A DNA stretch of 51,115 nucleotides from positions 1 through 51,115 of the forward strand of contig JAURLC010000061.1 of assembly GCA_030831415.1 (NCBI GenBank). The letters run 5' to 3'. The notes beneath the pieces were generated by a model. That model was not told the origin of the DNA. It worked only from the letters and a program-made list of their open reading frames with translations, and did no database searches. A program made the translations under genes and the position numbers. Numbering within the stretch: position 1 is the stretch's first letter; each line of letters starts with the position of its first letter. Source of the stretch: Bacillota bacterium (GTDB lineage: Bacteria > Bacillota_I > Bacilli_A > RFN20 > CAG-826). Of this stretch, positions 26,542 to 35,947 are shown one piece after another.

Positions 26542-27771
26542 TTATAATGTTTTCGACCAATTACCGTTTTCAAAGATCGAGACTGTTTTTCCGTCTCGGG
26601 TAAATCCTGTAATCGTTAAGTCCCGAGATCCAATCATAAAGTCCACGTGAATCATCGAGTTATTACACCCGATTTGGGCGAGTTGTTCGCGAGTCATGTT
26701 TGCATAACCTTTAATGGAATTAACATAGGCGCGTCCAAGAGCGATATGACAGGCAGCATTTTCATCAAATAATGTATTGTAAAACAATAAACCTGATTGT
26801 TGGATGGGTGAATCAAACGGGACAAGAGCAAGTTCCCCAATACGTGAAGCTCCTTCATCCATCGTAAACATTTTTTCGAGTAACGCTTGGTTTGTTCTTG
26901 CTTCAACTTTGGAAACTTTTCCGTTCTCAAACGTGACGGAAAAATCTTCAATGAGTTCACCAGCGTACGAGAGTGGTTTGCTTGCAACAACTTTTCCTTC
27001 AGCTTTTCCAGCTTTAGGTGTAATAAAAACTTCTTCTGTTGGCATATTAGGGTTATAGAAGTGACCATCGATTAAATGTTCTCCGCCTCCCAACCACTTC
27101 GCTTCCGGAATCATCCAAATTTTAAAGTCGGTTCCATTGCTGGATTGAAAATGTAAATAATCAAGGTTTAAGGCATCGAGTTGCTTACAACGAACTTGCA
27201 ATGTGGCGTTGTGTGCATCCCACTCCGCTAAAGGATCTTCGGTGACACGTGTCGCTTTGATTATGGCGTTCCACATCGCCTCAACAGCCTCAGCTCCTTT
27301 TAGTTTGGGAAACACTTTTTCTGACCATTTGACGGATGGCACGCCAATAATTGTCCATTGGAAGCGATTATCCATTTGTTCGCGATATTTCAACATGATG
27401 GGGGTCGTGACTTTTGAAATACGCGTCATCTTTTCTTGATCGATTCCTTTCATACCATCGGGATCGACCGAACGAATATGAATTTGAGCAGGTAAGGTTT
27501 CAACGTTATGTTTCATTTCTTCGTGTTGCCACGTTTCAATGTCACTGGCTACTTTTTCATCCATTTGCAAAGCGTTTACTTTACTAATCGGCAAATGTGT
27601 CCACTTCACACGGACTTTCCGAGCTCCAGCAGCATACGCTTCTTCAACAATCATCGTCACGAATTCAGGTTGGTCTAGTTCCGTATGAACGATAACATCT
27701 TGTCCTGATTTAACATTAACGCCTCGACGAACCGTAAGTTTGGCAAAACGACGTAAGGTTTCTTGATTCAT
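26542..27771 (-). CDS. M29-family aminopeptidase (AmpS/PepS-like)
   Basis: N-terminus MNQETLRRFAKLTVRRGVNVKSGQDVIVH... is typical of M29. ATG 27771 is preceded by GGAG. The 27-codon track extension (TTG at 27852) overlaps the divergent gene and is not credible. Confidence 0.9.
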   Translation of the reverse strand: MNQETLRRFAKLTVRRGVNVKSGQDVIVHTELDQPEFVTMIVEEAYAAGARKVRVKWTHLPISKVNALQMDEKVASDIETWQHEEMKHNVETLPAQIHIRSVDPDGMKGIDQEKMTRISKVTTPIMLKYREQMDNRFQWTIIGVPSVKWSEKVFPKLKGAEAVEAMWNAIIKATRVTEDPLAEWDAHNATLQVRCKQLDALNLDYLHFQSSNGTDFKIWMIPEAKWLGGGEHLIDGHFYNPNMPTEEVFITPKAGKAEGKVVASKPLSYAGELIEDFSVTFENGKVSKVEARTNQALLEKMFTMDEGASRIGELALVPFDSPIQQSGLLFYNTLFDENAACHIALGRAYVNSIKGYANMTREQLAQIGCNNSMIHVDFMIGSRDLTITGFTRDGKTVSIFENGNWSKTL

Positions 27772-27827
27772 TCTATTTCTCCAATAATGTTTTTCATTAT
27801 AGGATAATTCTATGCCTTTTAAAAGTT

Positions 27828-27836
27828 TGCTACAAT
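27828..27836 (+). promoter_or_regulatory. Extended -10 promoter element (TGcTACAAT) 6 nt upstream of the ATG, likely giving a leaderless mRNA
   Basis: tgctacaat at 27828..27836, then aaacat, then ATG 27843. No SD is possible in that space. Confidence 0.5.
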
Positions 27837-27842
27837 AAACAT

Positions 27843-28385
27843 ATGAAATCAAAACCTTGGCACTTCGAAGAACTTAGTCAACTCATCTTTTTTGCGATCC
27901 TATCTTTACTTGGTTTACTTGCCATGATTAATCCGACATTTGTTTATTCTATCTTTGGCGTGGTTATCGGCATCATTGGAGTTGTCTTATTAAGTTTTTT
28001 TGCTTATAAAATTTATCGACATTTTCAACTCAATCATCATTTAAAAACGTATTTATTACCGACGTTTATCGGACTATTTTTTCTTGCGTTAATCTTTATT
28101 TTTATTCCTGCTAGTTCGCTAAGTTCAATGGTCGCTTGGTCTACTTTTTTTGGACTTGTTGGTTATGGTTTTTTTCGTTTGTATATTCAAGCTAAATTTA
28201 TGGCAAAACGACTTTCAATTATTGATTGGTGTTTAGGATTAGGTGCGTGGGGACTGGCCATACTCGTCTTATTTAATTTAAATAAAACTCCCGATATCAT
28301 TATGTTTTTTATCGGAGGAGTTATCTTGTATGTCAGCGGTTTTTCATTAATAAAAATACTAATTCGTCATTACGAACGCGATTGA
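27843..28385 (+). CDS. Small integral membrane protein (DUF308/HdeD-like?)
   Basis: 180 aa with 5-6 hydrophobic segments of glycine-rich repeating character (FGVVIGIIGVVLLSFF...). The family call is tentative. Confidence 0.55.
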   Translation: MKSKPWHFEELSQLIFFAILSLLGLLAMINPTFVYSIFGVVIGIIGVVLLSFFAYKIYRHFQLNHHLKTYLLPTFIGLFFLALIFIFIPASSLSSMVAWSTFFGLVGYGFFRLYIQAKFMAKRLSIIDWCLGLGAWGLAILVLFNLNKTPDIIMFFIGGVILYVSGFSLIKILIRHYERD

Positions 28386-29170
28386 CGTTTTTCAAACGCT
28401 TCTACAACATTTTTTAATAACGATAATCGCGTCAACAAACCCACTCCTCCGGGAACTGGAGTTTGTAACGCTGCATGACGACCAGGTTTGATATCGCCAA
28501 AAAGGGTTCCATCTTCACGATTAATACCTACATCAACAAGAATAGCGCTTGGTTTTATTTTTTCATCAGAGAGAAACCATTTTTTACCGACTGCCACACA
28601 AATCAAATCTGCAGAGGCTAACAAAGCATGTTTGGTTAAAAGGTCAGTTTTTGAATGAAGGATAGACACCGTACAATCTTTTTCTAACAACGCAGACGCT
28701 AAAGGTTTACCCACAATAAAAGATCGACCGATGACTACGGCGTGTTTTCCATTAAAGGAAAAATTTTCCGCATGAAGGTAGTCAATAATTCCTTTGGGTG
28801 TACATGCCATCATCGATGACAATGGATGAAAACCATCGACATCTTTTTGAGGTAAAATCGCCTCACGTATCATCTTTGAATCCATGCCTTCAGGCAAAGG
28901 AACTTGTACGAGTAATCCATCCACCGAATCATCTTCATTAAATCGTTGAATTTCTTTCAGTAAATCATTTTGCGTGATCGTGATGGGATAACGAACATGC
29001 GTTGCCTTAATGCCCACATCTTCGCAGTCTTGAATCTTGCCACGAATATAAATATTTGAACCTTCATTTTCGTTCGCTTGGATAATCACCAAATGAGGTT
29101 GGGTTGAAAAAGAACTTAACTTTGTTTTTAAGGTTTTTTTTTCTTGTTCTACAAATGCTTTAATTGTCAT
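28370..29170 (-). CDS. folD: Bifunctional methylenetetrahydrofolate dehydrogenase/cyclohydrolase
   Basis: 266 aa. Motifs DGLLVQVPLP, KDVDGFHP, GRSFIVGKPLASALL and PVPGGVGLLT. Confidence 0.9.
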   Translation of the reverse strand: MTIKAFVEQEKKTLKTKLSSFSTQPHLVIIQANENEGSNIYIRGKIQDCEDVGIKATHVRYPITITQNDLLKEIQRFNEDDSVDGLLVQVPLPEGMDSKMIREAILPQKDVDGFHPLSSMMACTPKGIIDYLHAENFSFNGKHAVVIGRSFIVGKPLASALLEKDCTVSILHSKTDLLTKHALLASADLICVAVGKKWFLSDEKIKPSAILVDVGINREDGTLFGDIKPGRHAALQTPVPGGVGLLTRLSLLKNVVEAFEKRQSRS

Positions 29171-29178
29171 CGTGTTTA

Positions 29179-29187
29179 ATTATATCA
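29179..29187 (-). promoter_or_regulatory. Extended -10 promoter element (TGaTATAAT) 8 nt upstream of the folD ATG, likely giving a leaderless mRNA
   Basis: The minus strand reads tttgatataat taaacacg ATG. Plus-strand attatatca occupies 29179..29187, and the ATG is at 29170..29168. Confidence 0.5.
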
Positions 29188-29204
29188 AATTCATGAACCA
29201 ACAA

Positions 29205-29234
29205 AAAAAGAGTGGATAATGTTCACTCTTTTTT
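29205..29234 (-). terminator. Rho-independent terminator downstream of secG
   Basis: aaaaagagtg (29205..29214) paired with cactcttttt (29224..29233), 9-nt loop. U-runs are available in both orientations. Confidence 0.7.
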
Positions 29235-29244
29235 ATTCAAAACT

Positions 29245-29472
29245 TTAAGCTAATGCGTTTGTTAATAAGGCAAGAATGAAGAAAAGCATTCCAAATCCAA
29301 GCGTTAACCAAGAGACAATGAGTTCAGAACCACGTTCTTTGGTTTTAACAAAAACATTCATTCCTGCACCGGTAATCGCCCCCGATGCCCCTTCAGATTT
29401 CCCACCTTGAAGTAACGATAAAATGATAATGATGAAGGATACAACAATAAAGCTAATATCAAGAAAGTTCAT
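29245..29472 (-). CDS. secG: Preprotein translocase subunit SecG
   Basis: 75 aa with two TM segments flanking a glycine-rich loop (LLQGGKSEGASGAITGAG). SD GGAG lies upstream. Confidence 0.85.
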   Translation of the reverse strand: MNFLDISFIVVSFIIIILSLLQGGKSEGASGAITGAGMNVFVKTKERGSELIVSWLTLGFGMLFFILALLTNALA

Positions 29473-29530
29473 ATAAAATATCTCCTACAGGTTATCAATA
29501 TACCTTAATTTAAGGAAAATTTAAACTACC

Positions 29531-31501
29531 TTACGAATTTAATTGCGCTTTTAGTTCAAAGATAATATCACGCACCTCAGCAGCACGTTCAAAGTCATAC
29601 GCTTTTGCTGCTTCTTTCATTACTTTTTCAAATTCCTTAATCCGTTTTTCAATTTCCGAACGAGAAGCTTTGCCTTCAATAACACTCGTTAACGGAACGC
29701 CCTCTTGCGAACCAAGGGGAGAGTTAAGTTCCTTTTTAATCGTTTGAGGGGTGATGCCATGCTCCATGTTGAATGCTTCTTGAATGGAACGACGACGGTC
29801 CGTTTCTTGGATAGCAGCTCTCATCGAATCGGTCATTTTATCCGCATACATCACAACTTGACCGTTCACGTTTCGCGCCGCGCGACCAATAATTTGAATA
29901 AGGGAACGGGTAGAACGTAAAAATCCTTCTTTGTCGGCATCCAAAATCGTAATTAATGAAACCTCTGGTATGTCCAATCCTTCACGAAGTAAATTAATGC
30001 CAATGAGTACATCGTATTTTCCTTTTCGAAGTTGATAAATCACTTGAGCACGTTCTAACGTTTTTGTCTCAGCGTGCATATACACTACTTTTAACCCTTT
30101 GTTTTTCAAATAGGCGGTTAAGTCCTCTGCCATTTGAATCGTTAAGGTTACGACCATGACGCGTTCATTCCGTTCGATTCGTTTTTTAATTTCTTGCATT
30201 AAATCATCAATTTGACCCAGAGTAGGACGTATGTGGATTTGGGGGTCGACTAAACCAGTCGGACGAATGATTTGTTCCACAACCTCGTGATTAGCCTGCG
30301 TAAGTTCATAATCTCCAGGAGTTGCCGACGTACAAATAACATTCGGTAAAATTGCCTCAAATTCAGGGAATCTTAATGGACGATTATCTAAAGCAGAAGG
30401 CAAACGAAAACCAAATTCAACGAGGGTTTCTTTTCGAGCACGGTCGCCATTATACATCCCACGAACTTGTGGAAAACTTACATGGCTTTCATCGACTACT
30501 AATAAGGCATCGGAGGGAAAATAATCAAGTAAACAGAAAGGTCGCTCACCAGGCTGACGTTGATCAATATGACGCGAATAATTTTCAATACCTGGACACA
30601 TGCCAAATTCTTGTAACGATTCTAAATCTTGTTTAGTTCGTAATTCGAGTCGTTGGGCTTCCAATAATTTATTTTCTTGCTTAAAAAACGCTAATCGATC
30701 ATGTAGTTCTGCTTCAATCGTTTGACATGCTTTTAACACACGCTCATGCGTGGAAGCATGGCCATAGGCTGGATAGATGGCATAGCTTTTATAACGCATT
30801 ACCGTGTCACCCGATACGGTATCCACAAGACTCATGGACTCAATTTCATCACCAAATGTATCAATTCGTAAGGCTTTATCTTCTAATCCTGGCAAGGAAA
30901 TTTCAATAACATCTCCGCGTACACGAAATCCACCTGGAGCTAAATCAAACGGTAATCGTTCATACTGAGCATCAATGAGTTGCTTAAACAATTGTTTGCG
31001 GTCAATGGTATCGCCAACCTTTAAGGTAAACGCAAGTTGTTGATACTCTCGTGGATCGGTCAAACCATAAATTGCTGCAACGGATGCGACTACGATCGTA
31101 TCTCGTCGTTCAAGTAAACTGTTAATCGCAGATGTGCGCATCATTTCAATTTCATCATTGCGCATTGCATTTTTTTCGATGTACGTATCAGATTTTGGCA
31201 TGTAAGCTTCGGGTTGATAGAAATCGAAGTTACTGACAAAATATTCAACTCGATTGTTTGGGAAAAGTTCTTTAAATTCAGCATACAACTGACCTGCCAA
31301 CGTTTTATTGTGGACCATGACTAAGGTAGGGCGTTGAGTTTGTTCAATTACATTGGCAATGGTAAATGTCTTTCCTGTTCCAGTGGCTCCTAGTAACACT
31401 TGAAACGGTTTGTTTTGTTGTAAGCCTTCCACTAACTGAGCAATTGCTTTTGGCTGATCACCGGTGGGTTGATGCGGAGAAACAAGCTCAAATTTAACCA
31501 T
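29531..31501 (-). CDS. uvrB: Excinuclease ABC subunit B
   Basis: 656 aa. Walker A GATGTGKTFT and the C-terminal UVR motif FERAAEVRDIIFELK. Confidence 0.97.
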   Translation of the reverse strand: MVKFELVSPHQPTGDQPKAIAQLVEGLQQNKPFQVLLGATGTGKTFTIANVIEQTQRPTLVMVHNKTLAGQLYAEFKELFPNNRVEYFVSNFDFYQPEAYMPKSDTYIEKNAMRNDEIEMMRTSAINSLLERRDTIVVASVAAIYGLTDPREYQQLAFTLKVGDTIDRKQLFKQLIDAQYERLPFDLAPGGFRVRGDVIEISLPGLEDKALRIDTFGDEIESMSLVDTVSGDTVMRYKSYAIYPAYGHASTHERVLKACQTIEAELHDRLAFFKQENKLLEAQRLELRTKQDLESLQEFGMCPGIENYSRHIDQRQPGERPFCLLDYFPSDALLVVDESHVSFPQVRGMYNGDRARKETLVEFGFRLPSALDNRPLRFPEFEAILPNVICTSATPGDYELTQANHEVVEQIIRPTGLVDPQIHIRPTLGQIDDLMQEIKKRIERNERVMVVTLTIQMAEDLTAYLKNKGLKVVYMHAETKTLERAQVIYQLRKGKYDVLIGINLLREGLDIPEVSLITILDADKEGFLRSTRSLIQIIGRAARNVNGQVVMYADKMTDSMRAAIQETDRRRSIQEAFNMEHGITPQTIKKELNSPLGSQEGVPLTSVIEGKASRSEIEKRIKEFEKVMKEAAKAYDFERAAEVRDIIFELKAQLNS

Positions 31502-32402
31502 GTTTTTTGCCTTTAGCTAATTTTCGTATCGGACTAAGGGGAAAAGGATCAAAGCCTTCTCCATGTATAGAACGGGCTTGAGTAAAAATAACAAATGCTT
31601 TTGGATCACGCTCAGAAACCGCTTGTTTTAACTGGAAGTAATCTTGGCGAGCGATAGCCACTTGGATGACGTTATATGGCTTTTTTGTATACCCACCTGT
31701 AGCAGATACAATGGTTGAACCACGCGATAACGTTTGATGGATATACGTTAAAATGGGTTCGGTGTTATTGGAAATAATGGTTACCCAATACATTTTCGAC
31801 CCACCTACAAAAACCAGTTCAATGACCATTGAGGAGACAACCGTGGAAAGAATGCCAAATAAACCGTTATAAAAACCAAAGACAACAATCCCCGCCCCAA
31901 TAATGATCCCATCGATGACAAACGCCATGACCGATGTATTCCAGTCAAACCAACGTTTACTTAATAAAATCAACACATCGACTCCACCGGTTGATCCACC
32001 CGCTAAAAAGGCAAGCGATACTCCTAAGCCAACAAAAGCTCCACCAAATAAACTCGCAAGCAATCGATGAACATCGTTTGCTGCCTCAAAGGCAAGAATA
32101 TCGATACCGATAAAACGAATGAATAATGTGACAAATAGAGGATATGTAATTGTTGCAAAAAGTGTTTTCATAGTAAAGGATTTTCCTAGCGTCACCCAGC
32201 CTAATAAAAAAAGCAACCATGCAAAAATAGCGGTTGTAAAATCTAAGTCCCAATTAAAAGACGCTTTGAAAATGATGGCAAGGCCACTTAAGCCTCCGTT
32301 AACAATATTCAAAGGCGCAAGGAAAAAGGTAGCACCAATCGCTAACAATAAATTAGCTACTAATAATTGTAAAAAAGGAACTATCCATTGCTTATGCGCC
32401 AC
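31494..32402 (-). CDS. YitT-family membrane protein (DUF2179 C-terminal domain)
   Basis: 302 aa with the GGSTGGVDVL motif and a soluble C-terminal DUF2179-like domain. GTG start is preceded by GGAGG and overlaps the prfB end by 11 nt. Confidence 0.85.
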   Translation of the reverse strand: MAHKQWIVPFLQLLVANLLLAIGATFFLAPLNIVNGGLSGLAIIFKASFNWDLDFTTAIFAWLLFLLGWVTLGKSFTMKTLFATITYPLFVTLFIRFIGIDILAFEAANDVHRLLASLFGGAFVGLGVSLAFLAGGSTGGVDVLILLSKRWFDWNTSVMAFVIDGIIIGAGIVVFGFYNGLFGILSTVVSSMVIELVFVGGSKMYWVTIISNNTEPILTYIHQTLSRGSTIVSATGGYTKKPYNVIQVAIARQDYFQLKQAVSERDPKAFVIFTQARSIHGEGFDPFPLSPIRKLAKGKKHG

Positions 32403-33502
32403 GTTTTTTTGCCTCCATCTCTAAATAAGCTTGAATAAATCCCGAGAAGTCTCCGTCCATCACCTTTCCCACATCCCCTTCTTGATGATTGGTGCGATGA
32501 TCTTTGACAAGGGTGTAGGGTTGAAAGACATACGATCGTATTTGACTTCCCCACTCAATATCTTTTTGTTCTCCGACGATGGCATCCATCGCTTGTTGTT
32601 GTTCTTGTTTTTTGCGTTGATATAGTTGCGCTTTTAACATGTTCATCGCCATCTCTTTGTTTTGAATTTGACTTCGTTCTATTTGACACGATGCGACTAA
32701 ACCCGTAGGTAAGTGGGTAATGCGTACCGCACTTTCGACCTTATTTACGTTTTGACCACCTGCACCACCGGACCGATATGTATCAATGCGCAAATCTTTA
32801 TCGGGTATTTCTAAATCGATGACTTCTTGAATATCGGGTATGACATTTACGGAGGCAAAGGAGGTATGACGACGTCCATTTGCATCAAAGGGAGAAATTC
32901 TAACAAGACGATGAACACCTTTTTCAGCTTTCAAAAGTCCATACGCATACGGTCCTTTGATCATCATCGTGACACTTTTAATACCGGCTTCTTCGCCAGC
33001 TTGAAAATCCAATACTTGTATAGAGAATTTTTGCCATTCTGCAAATCGAACATACATTCGATAAAGCATATCGGCCCAATCATGACTTTCGGTTCCACCT
33101 GCCCCAGGATGAAGTTCAACAATAGCATTGAGCATGTCGAATTCACCGGAAAAGAAAAGCAATTGGCGTGTTTCTAATGTCCGTTTTTTCAACGCGTCAA
33201 GCTCGAGACGAAAACTCGGATAAAGGGATTCGTCCTCTTCTAGCAAATCTACAAGTTCTTCTAGGTCATGAAAACCCGAAAGTATCGCGTGATACTCTTC
33301 AAATTTATGACGAGCATCATTTAAGCGCTGAACAATTTTTTTAGCCGTACGTTGATCATCCCAAAAATGATCATCATTCATCAACGCCTCATCTTCATCA
33401 ATTTTAGTTTTTAATTGAACCGGGTCAAAGAGAATCACTGACTTGTAATACAAGCAATTTCAAGTCATTTAACTCCGTACGAAGTGCGCTTAAATCAATC
33501 AT
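32392..33502 (-). CDS. prfB: Peptide chain release factor 2, expressed through a programmed +1 ribosomal frameshift
   Basis: ORF0 runs from ATG 33502..33500 for 25 codons (MIDLSALRTELNDLKLLVLQVSDSL) to TGA 33427..33425. The +1 frame continues DPVQLKTK... and matches track ORF 32392..33453 from residue 10. SPF (RISPFDA) and GGQ (GGAGGQNVNK) motifs are present. Predicted product is about 369 aa. Confidence 0.93.
33424..33430 (-). other. prfB autoregulatory +1 frameshift site CTT TGA C
   Basis: Plus-strand gtcaaag at 33424..33430 reads CTTTGAC on the minus strand. This is the canonical RF2 shift heptamer. Confidence 0.9.
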
Positions 33503-35904
33503 TTAGAGGGTTCCTTCACTGGTTGGTAACCAGGTTCCACTGTTGGAGGCACCGCAGGTTGTGTTTTCATTTCAAGTTTTGCAGTTAAAATTGTCCCAAC
33601 AAATTCAACTGCAATTTTTTGATGCAAGTCTTTAAACATTTTAAATCCTTCATTGACATAGTCTTGGAGTGGATTAGATTGAGCGTAGGATCGTAGATGA
33701 ATGCTTTGACGAAGGTGATCCATTGCATCGATATGGCGTGGCCAATTTCGATCAATAATTTTTAATAATAATTGACGAGGAACTTGTTTGATAATCTCCA
33801 CCGGCCACGTTTTAATAAGTTGTTTATACTGCTTCAGTAATAATACTGTGATATCCTCGGAAACCTCTTCAAGTGGGGATTCAGAAAAGGCTTTGGTTTG
33901 AATCGTTCCTTCTGGAAGAAAACGAGGTTCAAGACTTGCTTTGAGTTTTTCTCCATCAATCGATTTGGTACGATCATCGGGGATGACAGCTTTTTCCGCA
34001 AACGACTGACCGGCTGCATTAAAGGTATCGTTAATAATATCGTTAATGTCATCCGCAAATAAAATTGCATCCCGGCGACTATACATTACACTTCGTTGTT
34101 TGGCTAAAACGTTGTCATAATCCAATACACTTTTACGGATATCAAAATTTTGTCCTTCAATACGTTTTTGAGCCCCGGTAATCGCATTCATGAGCATACG
34201 ATTTTCAATGGCGTCATCGCCTAAGGACTTAAACATGGTTCGAAGATTGTCTGATCCAAACCGAACCATTAAATCATCATCTAAGGATACATAAAAACGA
34301 GAATAACCAGGGTCTCCTTGCCGTCCTGAACGACCCCGTAATTGATTATCGATTCGGCGTGCTTCGTGACGTTCTGTTCCTAAAACACACAAACCACCGA
34401 GCAGTCGCACTTCATTAGAAATTTTAATATCCGTACCACGGCCAGCCATATTGGTGGCAATCGTGATGGAGCCTTTTTCACCTGCGTGTTGAACAATTTC
34501 AGCTTCAGAAGCGTGATTTTTTGCATTTAAGACAGCGTGACGTAATCCTTCTTGCGTTAATAATCTAGACAACTCTTCGCTGGCTTCAACGGAAGGCGTT
34601 CCAATCAACATTGGTTGTAAATTAGCGTGTCGTGTTTTAATTTCCTTCACGAGTGCAGCTAACTTAGCTTTTTTTGTCGCAAAAACTAAATCAACATCAT
34701 CTTTCCGTTTAATGGGAACATTCGTCGGTATGACCACGACTTTCATGTTATAGATCTTTATGAATTCTTCTTCTTCCGTTTTAGCTGTACCCGTCATACC
34801 ACCTAATTTGGCGTATAAGCGGAAGAAATTTTGATAAGTAACGGTTGCCATGGTGATGGTTTCCGAACGGAAAGTAGCGCCTTCTTTAGCTTGAATCGCT
34901 TGATGAAGACCATCCGAAAATTCACGACCTTTTAGGATACGACCAGTAAATTGGTCAATAATTTGTACATTGTTTTCTTGATCCACCAAGTAATCGACAT
35001 CCCGAACCATAATGAAATTTGCTTTAAGGGATTGATGAATACGATGAACTTTTTCGCTATGCTCAGGGGAATATAAATTTTTAATGTTGAATGCCATTTC
35101 GGCGAGGTTGGCACCAGAATCGGTTAACATGGCCGTTTTTGACTTAATATCAATGGTAAAGTGTTTGTCTTTTTTCAAGGATTTTACAAAGCGATCAAAT
35201 TTAATAAATTCGGATTCAGATGTTTTCGCTCCACCAGAAATAATGAGAGGTGTTCGAGATTCATCAATTAAAATCGAGTCTGCTTCATCGATGACTGCAA
35301 AATTCAAACCGCGTAAAACACGTGTTTTAATGTTCGCAGTCATGTTATCTCGAAGGTAATCAAATCCTACTTCAGAGTTGGTTGAATACGTAATATCACA
35401 TAAATATGCTTCTTGTTTTTGTTCAGGAGATTTTTCACGAACATTAATACCAACCGTTAAGCCTAAGAAGGTATAAATTGTACCCATCCACTCCGCATCA
35501 CGCATGGCAAGATATTCGTTCACCGTAATGACATGAACACCTTTTCCACCTAGAGCATTTAAATATACCGCCATCGTAGCAGTGAGGGTTTTACCTTCCC
35601 CAGTACGCATTTCAGCAACGTTCCCACCATGAAGCACAAGCGCACCCACAATTTGGACCTTAAAAGGAGTCATTTTCAAGGTGCGTTTTGCAGCTTCACG
35701 AGCAACTGCAAAGGCTTCGTATTTTATATCATCTAATGTTTTGCCAGATGCTAATAAATCTTTAAAATAAGGTGTTTTTGCTTTTAACTCTTCATCCGTT
35801 AAGGCAGCAATAGATGCTTCAAAAGCAAGAACCTTATCCGCTTCTTTAAGATACTTTTTTAATTGACGTTCATCCAGTCGAAATAATTTTTCAATAAATG
35901 CCAT
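33499..35904 (-). CDS. secA: Preprotein translocase ATPase SecA
   Basis: 801 aa with MRTGEGKTLTA and DEADSILIDE motifs. Its TGA stop overlaps the prfB ATG (ATGA). Confidence 0.97.
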   Translation of the reverse strand: MAFIEKLFRLDERQLKKYLKEADKVLAFEASIAALTDEELKAKTPYFKDLLASGKTLDDIKYEAFAVAREAAKRTLKMTPFKVQIVGALVLHGGNVAEMRTGEGKTLTATMAVYLNALGGKGVHVITVNEYLAMRDAEWMGTIYTFLGLTVGINVREKSPEQKQEAYLCDITYSTNSEVGFDYLRDNMTANIKTRVLRGLNFAVIDEADSILIDESRTPLIISGGAKTSESEFIKFDRFVKSLKKDKHFTIDIKSKTAMLTDSGANLAEMAFNIKNLYSPEHSEKVHRIHQSLKANFIMVRDVDYLVDQENNVQIIDQFTGRILKGREFSDGLHQAIQAKEGATFRSETITMATVTYQNFFRLYAKLGGMTGTAKTEEEEFIKIYNMKVVVIPTNVPIKRKDDVDLVFATKKAKLAALVKEIKTRHANLQPMLIGTPSVEASEELSRLLTQEGLRHAVLNAKNHASEAEIVQHAGEKGSITIATNMAGRGTDIKISNEVRLLGGLCVLGTERHEARRIDNQLRGRSGRQGDPGYSRFYVSLDDDLMVRFGSDNLRTMFKSLGDDAIENRMLMNAITGAQKRIEGQNFDIRKSVLDYDNVLAKQRSVMYSRRDAILFADDINDIINDTFNAAGQSFAEKAVIPDDRTKSIDGEKLKASLEPRFLPEGTIQTKAFSESPLEEVSEDITVLLLKQYKQLIKTWPVEIIKQVPRQLLLKIIDRNWPRHIDAMDHLRQSIHLRSYAQSNPLQDYVNEGFKMFKDLHQKIAVEFVGTILTAKLEMKTQPAVPPTVEPGYQPVKEPSK

Positions 35905-35947
35905 AGTGTTACCGGTTTCTTATTTTACCATTATCAGCCACGAAATG

